From an uncultured Acidimicrobiales bacterium (GTDB taxonomy: Bacteria > Actinomycetota > Acidimicrobiia > Acidimicrobiales > SZUA-35): a DNA stretch of 64,000 nucleotides. Shown piece by piece: positions 45,003 through 53,731 of this stretch; position 1 is the first letter of the stretch; each line of letters opens with the position of its first letter. Below the pieces are notes generated by a model, which made no database searches, had not been told where the DNA came from, and was given only the letters and a program-made list of their open reading frames with translations. A program made the position numbers and the translations under genes. The stretch is taken from assembly GCA_937997485.1 (NCBI GenBank), contig CALKTH010000059.1, positions 37,569 to 101,568 on the forward strand, in the 5' to 3' direction.

Positions 45003-45863
45003 TCAGCTGAAGTCTGGCTCTTCCCACATTGGGAAGACGTCGGGCATGTCCTTACTCGGCTTCATCGAGAAGTCCGGGTCTCGCTTCTCGAGGAAGCTCA
45101 CCACGCCCTCTTTCGCATCGGCCTGCCTCCCCAGCTCTTGGATCGCTCGGCTGTCGACTCGGTGTGACTGCATGGGGTGATCGAAGGTGAGCCCGCGCCA
45201 CAGCATCTGGCGGGTGAGCGCCGCGCTGACGGGAGCAGCGTGGGTCGCAATCTCATTCGCCAGGGCGTAGGCCCGCTCGAGCAGCTCTTCGTCGGGAACC
45301 AGCTGCACAAGCCCGGCGTCCGCGGCCTCTGCCGCGTTCATCACACGACCGGAGTAGCACCATTCGGTGGCCTTGGAGATACCCACGAGGCGGGGCAAGA
45401 ACCACGACGAGGCCGCCTCGGGAACGATCCCCCGGCGGGCGAACACGAACCCGATGCGTGCGCTCTCCGCTGCGAAGCGAATGTCCATCGGCAGTGTCAT
45501 TGTGATGCCAACGCCAACAGCCGGGCCGTTGATGGCAGCGATCACGGGTGTGGTGGACTCGAAGATGCGCAAACTGACTTGGCCGCCGCCGTCACGATTG
45601 ACCTTGTCGGGATCCCGACCGCGAGCACCGGCGTCGAAGGTGTCACCACCGGCGTCACCGAGATCCGCTCCGGCACAGAAGCCGCGACCCTCGCCGGTGA
45701 TGACGACACAGCGAACCTCATCATCGGCATCGACTCGATCAAACGCTTCGATGAGCTCAGCCATCATCACTCGGGTGAAGGCATTCAGCCGCTCGGGTCG
45801 ATTGAGCGTGATGGTCGCGACTCGGTTCTCGACCTCGTAGCGAATCTCGGTGAAGTCACTCAT
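45003..45863 (-). CDS. Enoyl-CoA hydratase/isomerase family protein
   Basis: ITLNRPERLNAF...GEGRGFCAGADL...AAINGPAVGVGITM. Confidence 0.85.
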   Translation of the reverse strand: MSDFTEIRYEVENRVATITLNRPERLNAFTRVMMAELIEAFDRVDADDEVRCVVITGEGRGFCAGADLGDAGGDTFDAGARGRDPDKVNRDGGGQVSLRIFESTTPVIAAINGPAVGVGITMTLPMDIRFAAESARIGFVFARRGIVPEAASSWFLPRLVGISKATEWCYSGRVMNAAEAADAGLVQLVPDEELLERAYALANEIATHAAPVSAALTRQMLWRGLTFDHPMQSHRVDSRAIQELGRQADAKEGVVSFLEKRDPDFSMKPSKDMPDVFPMWEEPDFS

Positions 45864-47143
45864 GTCGTCACCGATGTGGCCCCGGGAACCTGGGCCTCGG
45901 CATCAACCGCAATCGGAAGGAAGCGAGGTCCACGGACCTGGCCGCCCGCCCACGTCACGGCGTCCGCATCATCGAGCGTGAACTTCGGGAACCGCTCGAG
46001 CCACACTTCAATCGCTACCTGCATCTCCATCCGAGCGAGGTTGGAGCCGGCGCAGCGGTGGATGCCAACACCAAACGCCACATGGCGGTTCTGCTGGCGA
46101 TCAATGATCACTTCATCGGGGTTGTCGAACATCTCAGGATCGCGATTCGCGCCTGGGAAGTTCATGAGAATCTTGTCGCCGGCCTTGATGGGGCATCCGT
46201 TGAAGTCGACATCGTCGGTCGCCACCCGTGCCATGGTCACAGGCGAGTAGGCCCGCAGCAGTTCTTCCACCGCGGTCGGGATGAGTTCCGGGTCGGCGAT
46301 GAGCCGTTCGCGATCCTCCGGGTGCGTGGCGAGATGCCACAGCGCGGAGCCGATGGAACTCCAGGTTGTGTCAATCCCGGCGACGAGCATCAAGTTGCAC
46401 GTGCCAGCAACATGGAGAAGGTCAACCGGCTCGCCGTCAACCTTTGCTGCGAGCAGTTCCGAGATCAGATCCTCGCCCGGGTTGGCGATGCGGTCCTTGA
46501 TTTCCGCCATGAAGAACTCGCGGAGCTCGTCACGACACTTCTGGCGTAGCGGCGGGTTGGTCAGGCCCAGCTCGAGCACGCCGCGGACCCAGTCGGTGAA
46601 CTGCTCGGACATCCCCTCGTCAATGCCAAGCAGGCGGGCGATCACGCGAGGGGGAATCTGCTGGGCGTAGTTCGTTGCCGCATCAACCGTGGTGTCGCCG
46701 CTGGCTTGCAGCTCATCGATCAGCTGATGACACAGTGCTCGCGTGTACGGCTCGTGATTCGCCGTAGACCTCGGCGAGAACGCTGGGAGGATCAAGCGGC
46801 GTGACCACGTGTGCACCGGAGCATCAGAGCTGATGGGCGGCGCGTTGACGGCCTGTGTGTAGCCACTCTCGGGGGCGTTCGGATCGCCGGCGTTGTTCTC
46901 CGGCGGCCGAACCACGATGGGGTCTGTGGAAGACAGCACATCGACCATGCGCGCCATCCTCACCACATCGTCGTACTTCGTCGGCAGCCACGATCCGCCC
47001 CACCGCTCGGTATGAGCGACCGGACACTCGTTCCGCAGGTCGTCCCAGATCAGGGTCGGGTCGGTGAGGTAGTCGGGATCGAAGATGTCGTAGTCCGACG
47101 TCCAATCCTCGACCGGTGGCGTCTGGGGCATCTGGTCGGTCAT
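45860..47143 (-). CDS. Cytochrome P450
   Basis: The heme-binding loop is FGVGIHRCAGSNLARME. EELLR and AGIDTT-like motifs are present. Confidence 0.9.
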   Translation of the reverse strand: MTDQMPQTPPVEDWTSDYDIFDPDYLTDPTLIWDDLRNECPVAHTERWGGSWLPTKYDDVVRMARMVDVLSSTDPIVVRPPENNAGDPNAPESGYTQAVNAPPISSDAPVHTWSRRLILPAFSPRSTANHEPYTRALCHQLIDELQASGDTTVDAATNYAQQIPPRVIARLLGIDEGMSEQFTDWVRGVLELGLTNPPLRQKCRDELREFFMAEIKDRIANPGEDLISELLAAKVDGEPVDLLHVAGTCNLMLVAGIDTTWSSIGSALWHLATHPEDRERLIADPELIPTAVEELLRAYSPVTMARVATDDVDFNGCPIKAGDKILMNFPGANRDPEMFDNPDEVIIDRQQNRHVAFGVGIHRCAGSNLARMEMQVAIEVWLERFPKFTLDDADAVTWAGGQVRGPRFLPIAVDAEAQVPGATSVTT

Positions 47144-47149
47144 CGCTGA

Positions 47150-47368
47150 TCAGCTCTCGGCAGGAGTGCCGTCGTCGTTCACGAGTGTGATGGCGTACTC
47201 GGGGCAGTTGTCGACTGCCAGCTGTGCCTTCTCGAGGAGCTCCGGCGGCACGTTGCCGTCGCCGATCGCCGAGGCGTACCCGTAGTCGTCCACGTCCACC
47301 AGCTCAGGGGCGAGCGAGTAGCAGCGGTTGTGGCCTTCACACTTTTCCGAATCAACAACAATGCGCAT
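47150..47368 (-). CDS. Small ferredoxin (3Fe-4S/4Fe-4S type) partner of the P450
   Basis: MRIVVDSEKCEGHNRCYSLAPELVDVDDYGYA...AVDNCPEYAI. I placed the start at the ATG at 47368. It lies 6 nt upstream of the P450 gene. Confidence 0.85.
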   Translation of the reverse strand: MRIVVDSEKCEGHNRCYSLAPELVDVDDYGYASAIGDGNVPPELLEKAQLAVDNCPEYAITLVNDDGTPAES

Positions 47369-47408
47369 CCCGGGAGTTTGGCACAGGCATTCGGGCGAGA
47401 GAGATTTC

Positions 47409-47496
47409 CGGGCTGGTAGGTGATGGGTGTCTGACACCAGATACTCACCAGGGCGGGCTGGTAGGTGATGGGTGTCTGACACCAGATACTCACCAG
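47409..47496. repeat. Perfect 43-bp direct repeat x2 (period 45), each containing the palindrome GGTGTC-T-GACACC
   Basis: 47409..47451 equals 47454..47496 (CGGGCTGGTAGGTGATGGGTGTCTGACACCAGATACTCACCAG). The palindrome cores are at 47426..47438 and 47471..47483. The flanks CTGGTAGGTGAT / ATACTCACCAG are imperfectly symmetric. Confidence 0.9.
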
Positions 47497-47543
47497 TGGT
47501 ATTCGCCAGAGCAGGCGGATTGTGCCGGTAGTGTGCGCGGCCG

Positions 47544-48314
47544 ATGAAGGATCGCTCGCGGACACGGCAGCTGCTGGCCACGCACTACGTGCGCGACGGG
47601 ATCGTGCTCGGACTGACCGTGGGTGTCTTCGCCGTCGGCTTCGGCGTGCTGGCGGTGACCAACGGGCTCACCGTGCTCCAAACCTGCGCCATGTCGCTCT
47701 TGGTGTTCACAGGCGCATCCCAGTTCGCCGCCGTCGGCGTTCTCAGCTCCGGCGGGAGTCCGGCTGCCGCCGTGGGATCGGCGCTCCTCCTCGCCGCTCG
47801 GAATGGGTTCTACGGCGTCACGATGAGCCAGCACATTCGAGGATCGGTCGTGAAGCGAGCAGTGGCTGCACACCTCACAATCGACGAGTCGACGGCCCTC
47901 GGCACCGGACAGGACGATCCGGCCGACGTCGAGGGAGGCTTCTGGGCCGGCGGCATTGGAGTCTTCGTGTTCTGGAACATCGGCACTGCGATCGGCGCCG
48001 TTGGCGGCGGAGCGATCGGCGATCCCAACGCCCTCGGTCTCGACGCCGCCTTCCCTGCCGGGTTCATCGCGCTGGTCGCCCCCGCCCTGCGTCACCGTTC
48101 CGGACAACTTGCCAGCATCGGCGGCGCAGTCATCGCCCTTGCCGCTGTGCCACTCGTCCAGCCGGGGATCCCGATCCTTCTGGCCGCTGGGGCCGCCGTC
48201 ATCGCTCTCGCCGTTGCGGGGGCGCCGCCTGCGCCGACATCCACCTCGACATCTCCCGGGCCCCCGGCCGAATCTGAGACCGGGCGTGGAGCCGCTGGGG
48301 GCGCGTCAGCATGA
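47544..48314 (+). CDS. azlC: AzlC-family branched-chain amino acid exporter subunit
   Basis: GIVLGLTVGVFAVGFGVLA...MSLLVFTGASQFA. Confidence 0.85.
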   Translation: MKDRSRTRQLLATHYVRDGIVLGLTVGVFAVGFGVLAVTNGLTVLQTCAMSLLVFTGASQFAAVGVLSSGGSPAAAVGSALLLAARNGFYGVTMSQHIRGSVVKRAVAAHLTIDESTALGTGQDDPADVEGGFWAGGIGVFVFWNIGTAIGAVGGGAIGDPNALGLDAAFPAGFIALVAPALRHRSGQLASIGGAVIALAAVPLVQPGIPILLAAGAAVIALAVAGAPPAPTSTSTSPGPPAESETGRGAAGGASA

Positions 48315-48634
48315 GTTGGACGACGCTGCTACTCCTCGCCGCCGGCGCCTACGGGTTCAAGGCCGCGGGCACGTTTGGACTCGCTCGCTTCATGTCTGGG
48401 GACCGAGCCAGGGGCATCGGAGCACTGCTCCCACCCGCACTTCTGGCCGCGCTGATTGCCGTGGGGACACTGAGCACTGAGCAGTCGTTGGTCGTGGATG
48501 CCCGCCTCGCCGGAGTGGCCGCCGGGGCGGTAGCCGTGTGGCGTCGGGCTCCGTTTTGGGTCGTCGTCGTTGTCGCCGCGGTGGTGACAGCGGCGCTCCG
48601 TCGCCTCACCGACGGTGCTCTCGTGCTGACGTGA
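48311..48634 (+). CDS. azlD: AzlD-domain membrane protein
   Basis: A 107-aa hydrophobic protein that overlaps azlC by 4 nt. Confidence 0.75.
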   Translation: MSWTTLLLLAAGAYGFKAAGTFGLARFMSGDRARGIGALLPPALLAALIAVGTLSTEQSLVVDARLAGVAAGAVAVWRRAPFWVVVVVAAVVTAALRRLTDGALVLT

Positions 48635-48739
48635 GACCGCCGAACGACTGAGCATGCCATCACTGGCAGGGGGCCGGCAGAGGTTCGGCAGGACCCACAC
48701 CGCTCAGAAGTGCCACACTGGCCCGGTGGAGCCGACATC

Positions 48740-50176
48740 ATGAGCCGAACTGCCGCCATTTTCGACCTCGACCGCACGCTGATTCGGTCCTCATCCGCGC
48801 CGGTGTTTCAACGGCACCTTTCCGAGGCAGGTCTCGGTGGTGGAGACGGGCTGCCTCTCGCCGACCTCTTCTTGAAGTTCTACGAGACCTTCGGTGAGAA
48901 CTGGGTGATGATGCAGCCGGCCAAGCTGGCCGTGCGGGCCTCGAAGGGCTGGGACACCAAGACCGTCAAGGCCGCGATGCAGAAGGCCGCCGTCGAACTC
49001 GAGGAACAGCTTCTCCCCTTCGCCCCAGGGGTCTTCGCCGAGCACCGCAAGAACGGGGACCTCCTCGTCATGGCCACCACCTCGCCCGCGCCATTCGTCA
49101 AGCCATTCGCAAAGCGCCTGGGCTTCGATGCCGTCGTAGCCACGAAGTGGCAGACCGAGAAAGGCAAGAAGGGCAAGCGCTACACCGGCGAGATCGACGG
49201 ATCCTTTGTGTGGGGCGCCGAGAAGCGCCGGGGCGTTGAAGCCTGGGCCGCGGAGAACGAGGTCGACCTATCGAAGAGCACGGCCTACAGCGATAGCTAC
49301 TTCGATTCTCCTCTGCTCGACGCGGTCGGCAACCCGGTCGCCGTGAACCCCGATGCAGCGCTCCAAGCCACCGCCCTGCTGCAGGGCTGGCCCGTTCGTC
49401 ACCTCGACAAGCCGGAGGGCGTGTTCAAGGTCGCCGGTCGAGAGTTGCAGGAATGGACCCGCTCGTTCTTCCGACCCGAAGCCCTCATGGCGCTGGCTCA
49501 CATCGACATCGAGGGAATCGAGAACATCCCCGCCGAGGGGCCCGCTCTGATCGTCTTCAACCATCGGTCCTACTTCGACGCCACCGTGATGGGTCTCGTC
49601 GCCGCCCGAGCCGGGCGCAACGTTCGCAGCCTCGGCAAAAAGGAAGTCTTCGACGTTCCCGTGGTCGGGCGCCTCTTGCGGGGCATGGGTGGCGTTCGGG
49701 TTGATCGAGGCACAGGCTCGGAAGAACCGCTCGAAGCGGCGGCGGAGGCACTCCGGGGCGGCGATGCCCTCATGATGGCTCCGCAGGGAACGATCCCTCG
49801 GGGTCCAGCATTCTTCGATCCGGAGCTCAAAGGGCGATGGGGTGCCGCTCGCCTTGCGGCGATGACAAAGGCTCCAGTCATTCCCGTGGGGCTCTGGGGA
49901 ACTGAGCTGGTATGGCCTCGCAGCGCACGAGTCCCGAACCTCGACCCCCGCTTCCGTCCCGACGTGACCGCCACCGTCGGTCCTCCCGTCGATCTCAAGT
50001 ACCGCAGCGCCAACAAAGACACCGAACGGATCATGGACGCACTGGTGGAGCTCCTGCCCCCAGAAGCGCGTCAGAAGCGCACGCCGACGCCTGAGGAACT
50101 CGCTCGCACCTATCCCCCTGGCTACGACGGTGACCCCGAGAGCGAAGCCGAGCGACGCCCGGGAACGGACACCTGA
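48740..50176 (+). CDS. Fusion protein: HAD-IB hydrolase domain + lysophospholipid (PlsC-type) acyltransferase domain
   Basis: AAIFDLDRTLI (HAD motif I). NHRSYFDATVM (HX4D acyltransferase motif). APQGTIPRG. Start is at the ATG at 48740 or 48710. Confidence 0.8.
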   Translation: MSRTAAIFDLDRTLIRSSSAPVFQRHLSEAGLGGGDGLPLADLFLKFYETFGENWVMMQPAKLAVRASKGWDTKTVKAAMQKAAVELEEQLLPFAPGVFAEHRKNGDLLVMATTSPAPFVKPFAKRLGFDAVVATKWQTEKGKKGKRYTGEIDGSFVWGAEKRRGVEAWAAENEVDLSKSTAYSDSYFDSPLLDAVGNPVAVNPDAALQATALLQGWPVRHLDKPEGVFKVAGRELQEWTRSFFRPEALMALAHIDIEGIENIPAEGPALIVFNHRSYFDATVMGLVAARAGRNVRSLGKKEVFDVPVVGRLLRGMGGVRVDRGTGSEEPLEAAAEALRGGDALMMAPQGTIPRGPAFFDPELKGRWGAARLAAMTKAPVIPVGLWGTELVWPRSARVPNLDPRFRPDVTATVGPPVDLKYRSANKDTERIMDALVELLPPEARQKRTPTPEELARTYPPGYDGDPESEAERRPGTDT

Positions 50177-51621
50177 TGCGCGACATCGAGATGGCCGCAT
50201 CGATGTCGGATCACGAGACCATGATGTGGAATCTCGAGACCGACCCGTGGCTCAATCCCAGCGGGGCGGCGCTCGTGATGCTCGACCAGCCCATCGATCT
50301 CGATCACTTTCGAGCGAAGATGCGCTTGGCGGTCACCCAACTTCCTCGCCTCTATCAGCGTGTTGTTCCGGGTGGTGGGCTGCCGGGTCCGCTGAGCGCC
50401 AACCCTCGCTGGGCGCCTGATGCCACGTTCGACCTCGACAACCACATCCGCACTGTCACCCTTGAAGCTCCCGGTACAAAGCGGCAGCTGCTCGACCTCG
50501 CCGCCGCCCTGTACGAAGAAACGTTGGATCGTGAGCGTCCGCTGTGGCGATTCGTGGCAATCGACGGTCTCGAGTCCGGTGGCGGCGCTGTGTGGATGAT
50601 CACGCACCACGTCATCAGCGACGGCATCGGTCAGATGCGCATGGCTGAGGCCTATCAATCGCTGGACCGCGACGAACCAGCGCCTGCCGAGGTTGACCTC
50701 GAGGCAGTGATCGCGGCCGCAGTGGCTGAGCATGCTGGGCACACGACATCCAGCGATGGCGCCGGCGCTTCGGTGAAGTCAGCGGCCAGGGCCGTGAAAG
50801 ACTCCTTTGACGCTGCTCGAGACCTGGCCGCCGAGGTCGCCCTGTGGCCTGCCGACCCGACCCGAGCCGCCGACAAGGCCACCGATCTGTTCAGCAATGC
50901 CAAGAGCCTCTTCGACCAACTCTCCGGAGACGACGAAGAAGAGGACGCCGGATCTGACCTGTGGAAGCAGCGCTCAGGCGAGCGCCACTTCGAGCACCTG
51001 TCGATTCCTCTCGATCGTTTGAAGGCGGCGGTCAAGGCCAACGGCGCCAGCATCAACGACGGGTTCTTGGCCGGTCTCCTGGCCGGCTCGGCCCGCTATC
51101 ACGCGACACGGAACCAACCGGTCTCGGCGTTCAACACGTCATTCATTGTCAGTACTCGTAAAGGCAAGACCGCCGGCGGCAATGCGTTCACCCCAGTGGC
51201 GCTTGCCCTCTCCGCTCACGACATGCCGATGGCCGAACGATTGGCTGCCATCAGCGCCAAGGTCGCCCGAGCGAAGGCGGCGGTCGGCGAGAGCGGCGGA
51301 CTCAGTGCCTTGGCTGGCACCATCAACATGCTCCCCGTCGCAGTGACGAGCCGGGCGGCACGAGCCAAGGCTCAGGACATCGACATCGCGACGTCGAACC
51401 TCCGGGGCGCTCCCGTGCCGCTCTACGTTTCCGGAGCACGTGTGCTCGGCACGGCCATCCAAGGCCCGCTCGCCGGCACGCCCTGCAATGCCACCGCGCT
51501 CAGCACCGAGAACAGTTTCGACATCGGCTTGCACATCGATCCGGTCGCCATCGCCGACCCTGGCGACTTCCGCCAATGCGTCGCCGACGCCTTCGCCGAG
51601 CTCCTCGCCCTCGCCAACTGA
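50176..51621 (+). CDS. Wax ester synthase / diacylglycerol acyltransferase (WS/DGAT) family
   Basis: The HHxxxDG motif is present (ITHHVISDGIG), as is NLRGAPVPLY. The start ATG overlaps the upstream TGA. Confidence 0.85.
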   Translation: MRDIEMAASMSDHETMMWNLETDPWLNPSGAALVMLDQPIDLDHFRAKMRLAVTQLPRLYQRVVPGGGLPGPLSANPRWAPDATFDLDNHIRTVTLEAPGTKRQLLDLAAALYEETLDRERPLWRFVAIDGLESGGGAVWMITHHVISDGIGQMRMAEAYQSLDRDEPAPAEVDLEAVIAAAVAEHAGHTTSSDGAGASVKSAARAVKDSFDAARDLAAEVALWPADPTRAADKATDLFSNAKSLFDQLSGDDEEEDAGSDLWKQRSGERHFEHLSIPLDRLKAAVKANGASINDGFLAGLLAGSARYHATRNQPVSAFNTSFIVSTRKGKTAGGNAFTPVALALSAHDMPMAERLAAISAKVARAKAAVGESGGLSALAGTINMLPVAVTSRAARAKAQDIDIATSNLRGAPVPLYVSGARVLGTAIQGPLAGTPCNATALSTENSFDIGLHIDPVAIADPGDFRQCVADAFAELLALAN

Positions 51622-51662
51622 CCCCCGCCAACTCCTCGCCCTCGCCAAGTCCCCCGCCGCTT

Positions 51663-51950
51663 GCCGAAATTTCGTGTCCAGTCCACCAAAACGGTGGGTT
51701 GGTGCTGCGAGAACGACCCGGAGGGCGTCCAGCGCTGCGATTTCAGCCAGCGTTGCGATTCAGGGCGAGACGGGTCGGATTCGTTGGACGCTGAGGGCAC
51801 GCAACCACGCCGCGTCGGTCAGACACGAGCTGGACCCCCTCGGCGGCCTCGAATCGTTGCGGCGCGAAGTTCTTGTCGTGCTGGACGACCTCGGGCATCA
51901 TCTTGCAGCGTCAGCACACCGGAACGGTGGGCTGGGCACGAAATTTCGGC
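51663..51950. repeat. 288-bp intergenic segment bounded by 25-bp imperfect inverted repeats (MITE-like or long structured element)
   Basis: The left repeat is GCCGAAATTTCGTGTCCAGTCCACC (51663..51687). The reverse complement of 51926..51950 is GCCGAAATTTCGTGCCCAGCCCACC. They match at 23 of 25 positions. Confidence 0.7.
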
Positions 51951-51979
51951 CTGGGTTCGGCCTGAGGGAGACGTGGGGG

Positions 51980-52873
51980 TTAGGCGTCGAGGTAGCGGTT
52001 GACGGCGACGAAGGAGCCGATGGCACCGATCGCCGCGCCGGCGATGAGCAGGTAGATCACGATGGGTGTGAGATCGCTCGGTTCGAGCGCGAAGCCGTCG
52101 AAGAAGTCGATATCCGCGTTCTGCACACCGTTGCGGATCACACGGTTCAGGCCGAACACACCCAGAACACTGAGTCCCGCCCCGAAGACGCCAAGCGTGA
52201 GCCCTTCCAGCACGAACGGGATGCGGATGAACGAGTTGGTGGCCCCAACAAGGCGCATCACCTCGACCTCACGCCGTCGGGCGAAGAGTGCGGTGCGAAT
52301 CGAGTTGTACATGAGCAAGGCGCTCGCCACCACGGACCCAAACGATGCGAACAGCATGATGCGGCTGGCAGTATCCGTAAAGCTGTTGAGGCGCCGGATG
52401 TACTCACCAGCGAAGTCCACGCCAGTCACGCCCGGGAGCGATTCGTATTCTCGTCCGAGCGCTTCCACGACCGCCAAGTCGGGCTCCACGGGTACGACGC
52501 GGAACGAAGTGGGCAGCTGCTCAGGCTCGACGGCGTCGAGGATCTCCGGGGAGTTTTCCCAGAATGCCTGGAACTCCTGGAAGGTCTCTTCCCGGTTGAT
52601 GAATCGGTGGTTCTCGATCGCGGGAGACTCTTCGAGCGCCCGGTCAACGGAGTCTCGCTGTTCCGGGCTCACGTCCGGCGCAAGCCACACAATGAACTCC
52701 ACGCCGTCTTGGAAGCGGATGTTCGTGTCGTCAACACCGCGCCGAATCAGCAATGCGGTGCCGAGGAGAACGAGCGAGACGGACACGGTCAAGATGGTGG
52801 CGATAGTGAGCGATGGATTGCGGACCAGGTTGTTCCCGGTCTCCTTCGCGAGGTAGTCGATGCGTAGTGCCAT
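51980..52873 (-). CDS. ftsX: Cell division permease-like protein FtsX
   Basis: The topology and pattern are typical (NLVRNPSLTIATILTVSVSL...). It lies downstream of ftsE. Confidence 0.9.
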   Translation of the reverse strand: MALRIDYLAKETGNNLVRNPSLTIATILTVSVSLVLLGTALLIRRGVDDTNIRFQDGVEFIVWLAPDVSPEQRDSVDRALEESPAIENHRFINREETFQEFQAFWENSPEILDAVEPEQLPTSFRVVPVEPDLAVVEALGREYESLPGVTGVDFAGEYIRRLNSFTDTASRIMLFASFGSVVASALLMYNSIRTALFARRREVEVMRLVGATNSFIRIPFVLEGLTLGVFGAGLSVLGVFGLNRVIRNGVQNADIDFFDGFALEPSDLTPIVIYLLIAGAAIGAIGSFVAVNRYLDA

Positions 52874-52885
52874 GGAAGGTTCTCG

Positions 52886-53566
52886 CTACTCGTAGACGCC
52901 GCGGGCTTGGTCTCGGACGATGTCGCCCTCAGCCAGCTCGATGACGCGACGACGCATCGTGTCGACGATGCCTCGGTCGTGGGTGGCCATGACAACGGTG
53001 GTGCCGGTCTTGTTGATTCGGTCGAGCAGCCGCATGATGCCGATGGCGGTCTGCGGGTCGAGGTTACCGGTCGGCTCGTCGGCCAGAAGAATCAGCGGAC
53101 GGTTGACGAAGGCGCGAGCGATCGACACTCGCTGCTGCTCGCCACCAGAGAGCTGGTGCGGGTACTTGTCCATCTTGTCGCCGAGCCCAACCAGATCGCA
53201 GATGGCTGGCACCTGCGTCTTGATCACGTGCCGAGGCCGGCCAATGACCTCGAGAGCAAAGCTCACGTTCTCAGAAACGGTGCGCGTCGGCAAGAGCTTG
53301 TAGTCCTGGAAGACGGCGCCGATGTTGCGGCGCAGCATCGGCACACGCCAGCTCCGCAAGCGGCCTATGTCCTTGCCGGCGACGAAGATGCGGCCAGTAT
53401 CAGGCTCTTCCTGCTTGTTCAGCAGGCGGATGAAGGTGGACTTTCCGGAGCCCGAGGGCCCGACGAGGAAGACGAACTCGCCCTTGCTGATGTCGGCATC
53501 AGCGTTGTGCAGGGCGGGCTTGTTCTGTCCCGGATATTCCTTGGTGACGTTCTCGAGTTTGATCAT
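52886..53566 (-). CDS. ftsE: Cell division ATP-binding protein FtsE
   Basis: Walker A GPSGSGKST, signature LSGGEQQRV and Walker B ILLADEPTGNLD are present. Confidence 0.95.
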   Translation of the reverse strand: MIKLENVTKEYPGQNKPALHNADADISKGEFVFLVGPSGSGKSTFIRLLNKQEEPDTGRIFVAGKDIGRLRSWRVPMLRRNIGAVFQDYKLLPTRTVSENVSFALEVIGRPRHVIKTQVPAICDLVGLGDKMDKYPHQLSGGEQQRVSIARAFVNRPLILLADEPTGNLDPQTAIGIMRLLDRINKTGTTVVMATHDRGIVDTMRRRVIELAEGDIVRDQARGVYE

Positions 53567-53731
53567 GGGCGCTGCTGACCTCCGGTCAGGCTGGCTTCAA
53601 CATTCCGTGGGAACCGAGACACGTTTGCCCATCGGCACGTGCCGGTCCGGAGATGAGTGGTGGAGGGGTGTTTGGCGTGGCTGATCTTCGACCGCGCAGC
53701 TCGCTTCAGCGAGCGGCTGGGGCAGATGATC

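Noticed and set aside
47701-47716. Other partial matches to the SECIS-like 13-mer (CCAGTTCGCCGCC in azlC; CCAGTTCGCTGCG near 36373 in the HD-GYP gene).
   Set aside because: There is no in-frame TGA about 20 nt upstream of either, and the GGTCGC half is not conserved. These are ordinary coding sequence.
51743-51901. A 52-codon minus-strand ORF (MMPEVVQHDKNFAPQRFEAAEGVQLV...) inside the inverted-repeat-bounded segment.
   Set aside because: It is too short, has no recognisable family, and its codon bias decays in the second half. It may be a gene fragment. It is mentioned in the finding but not annotated as a CDS.
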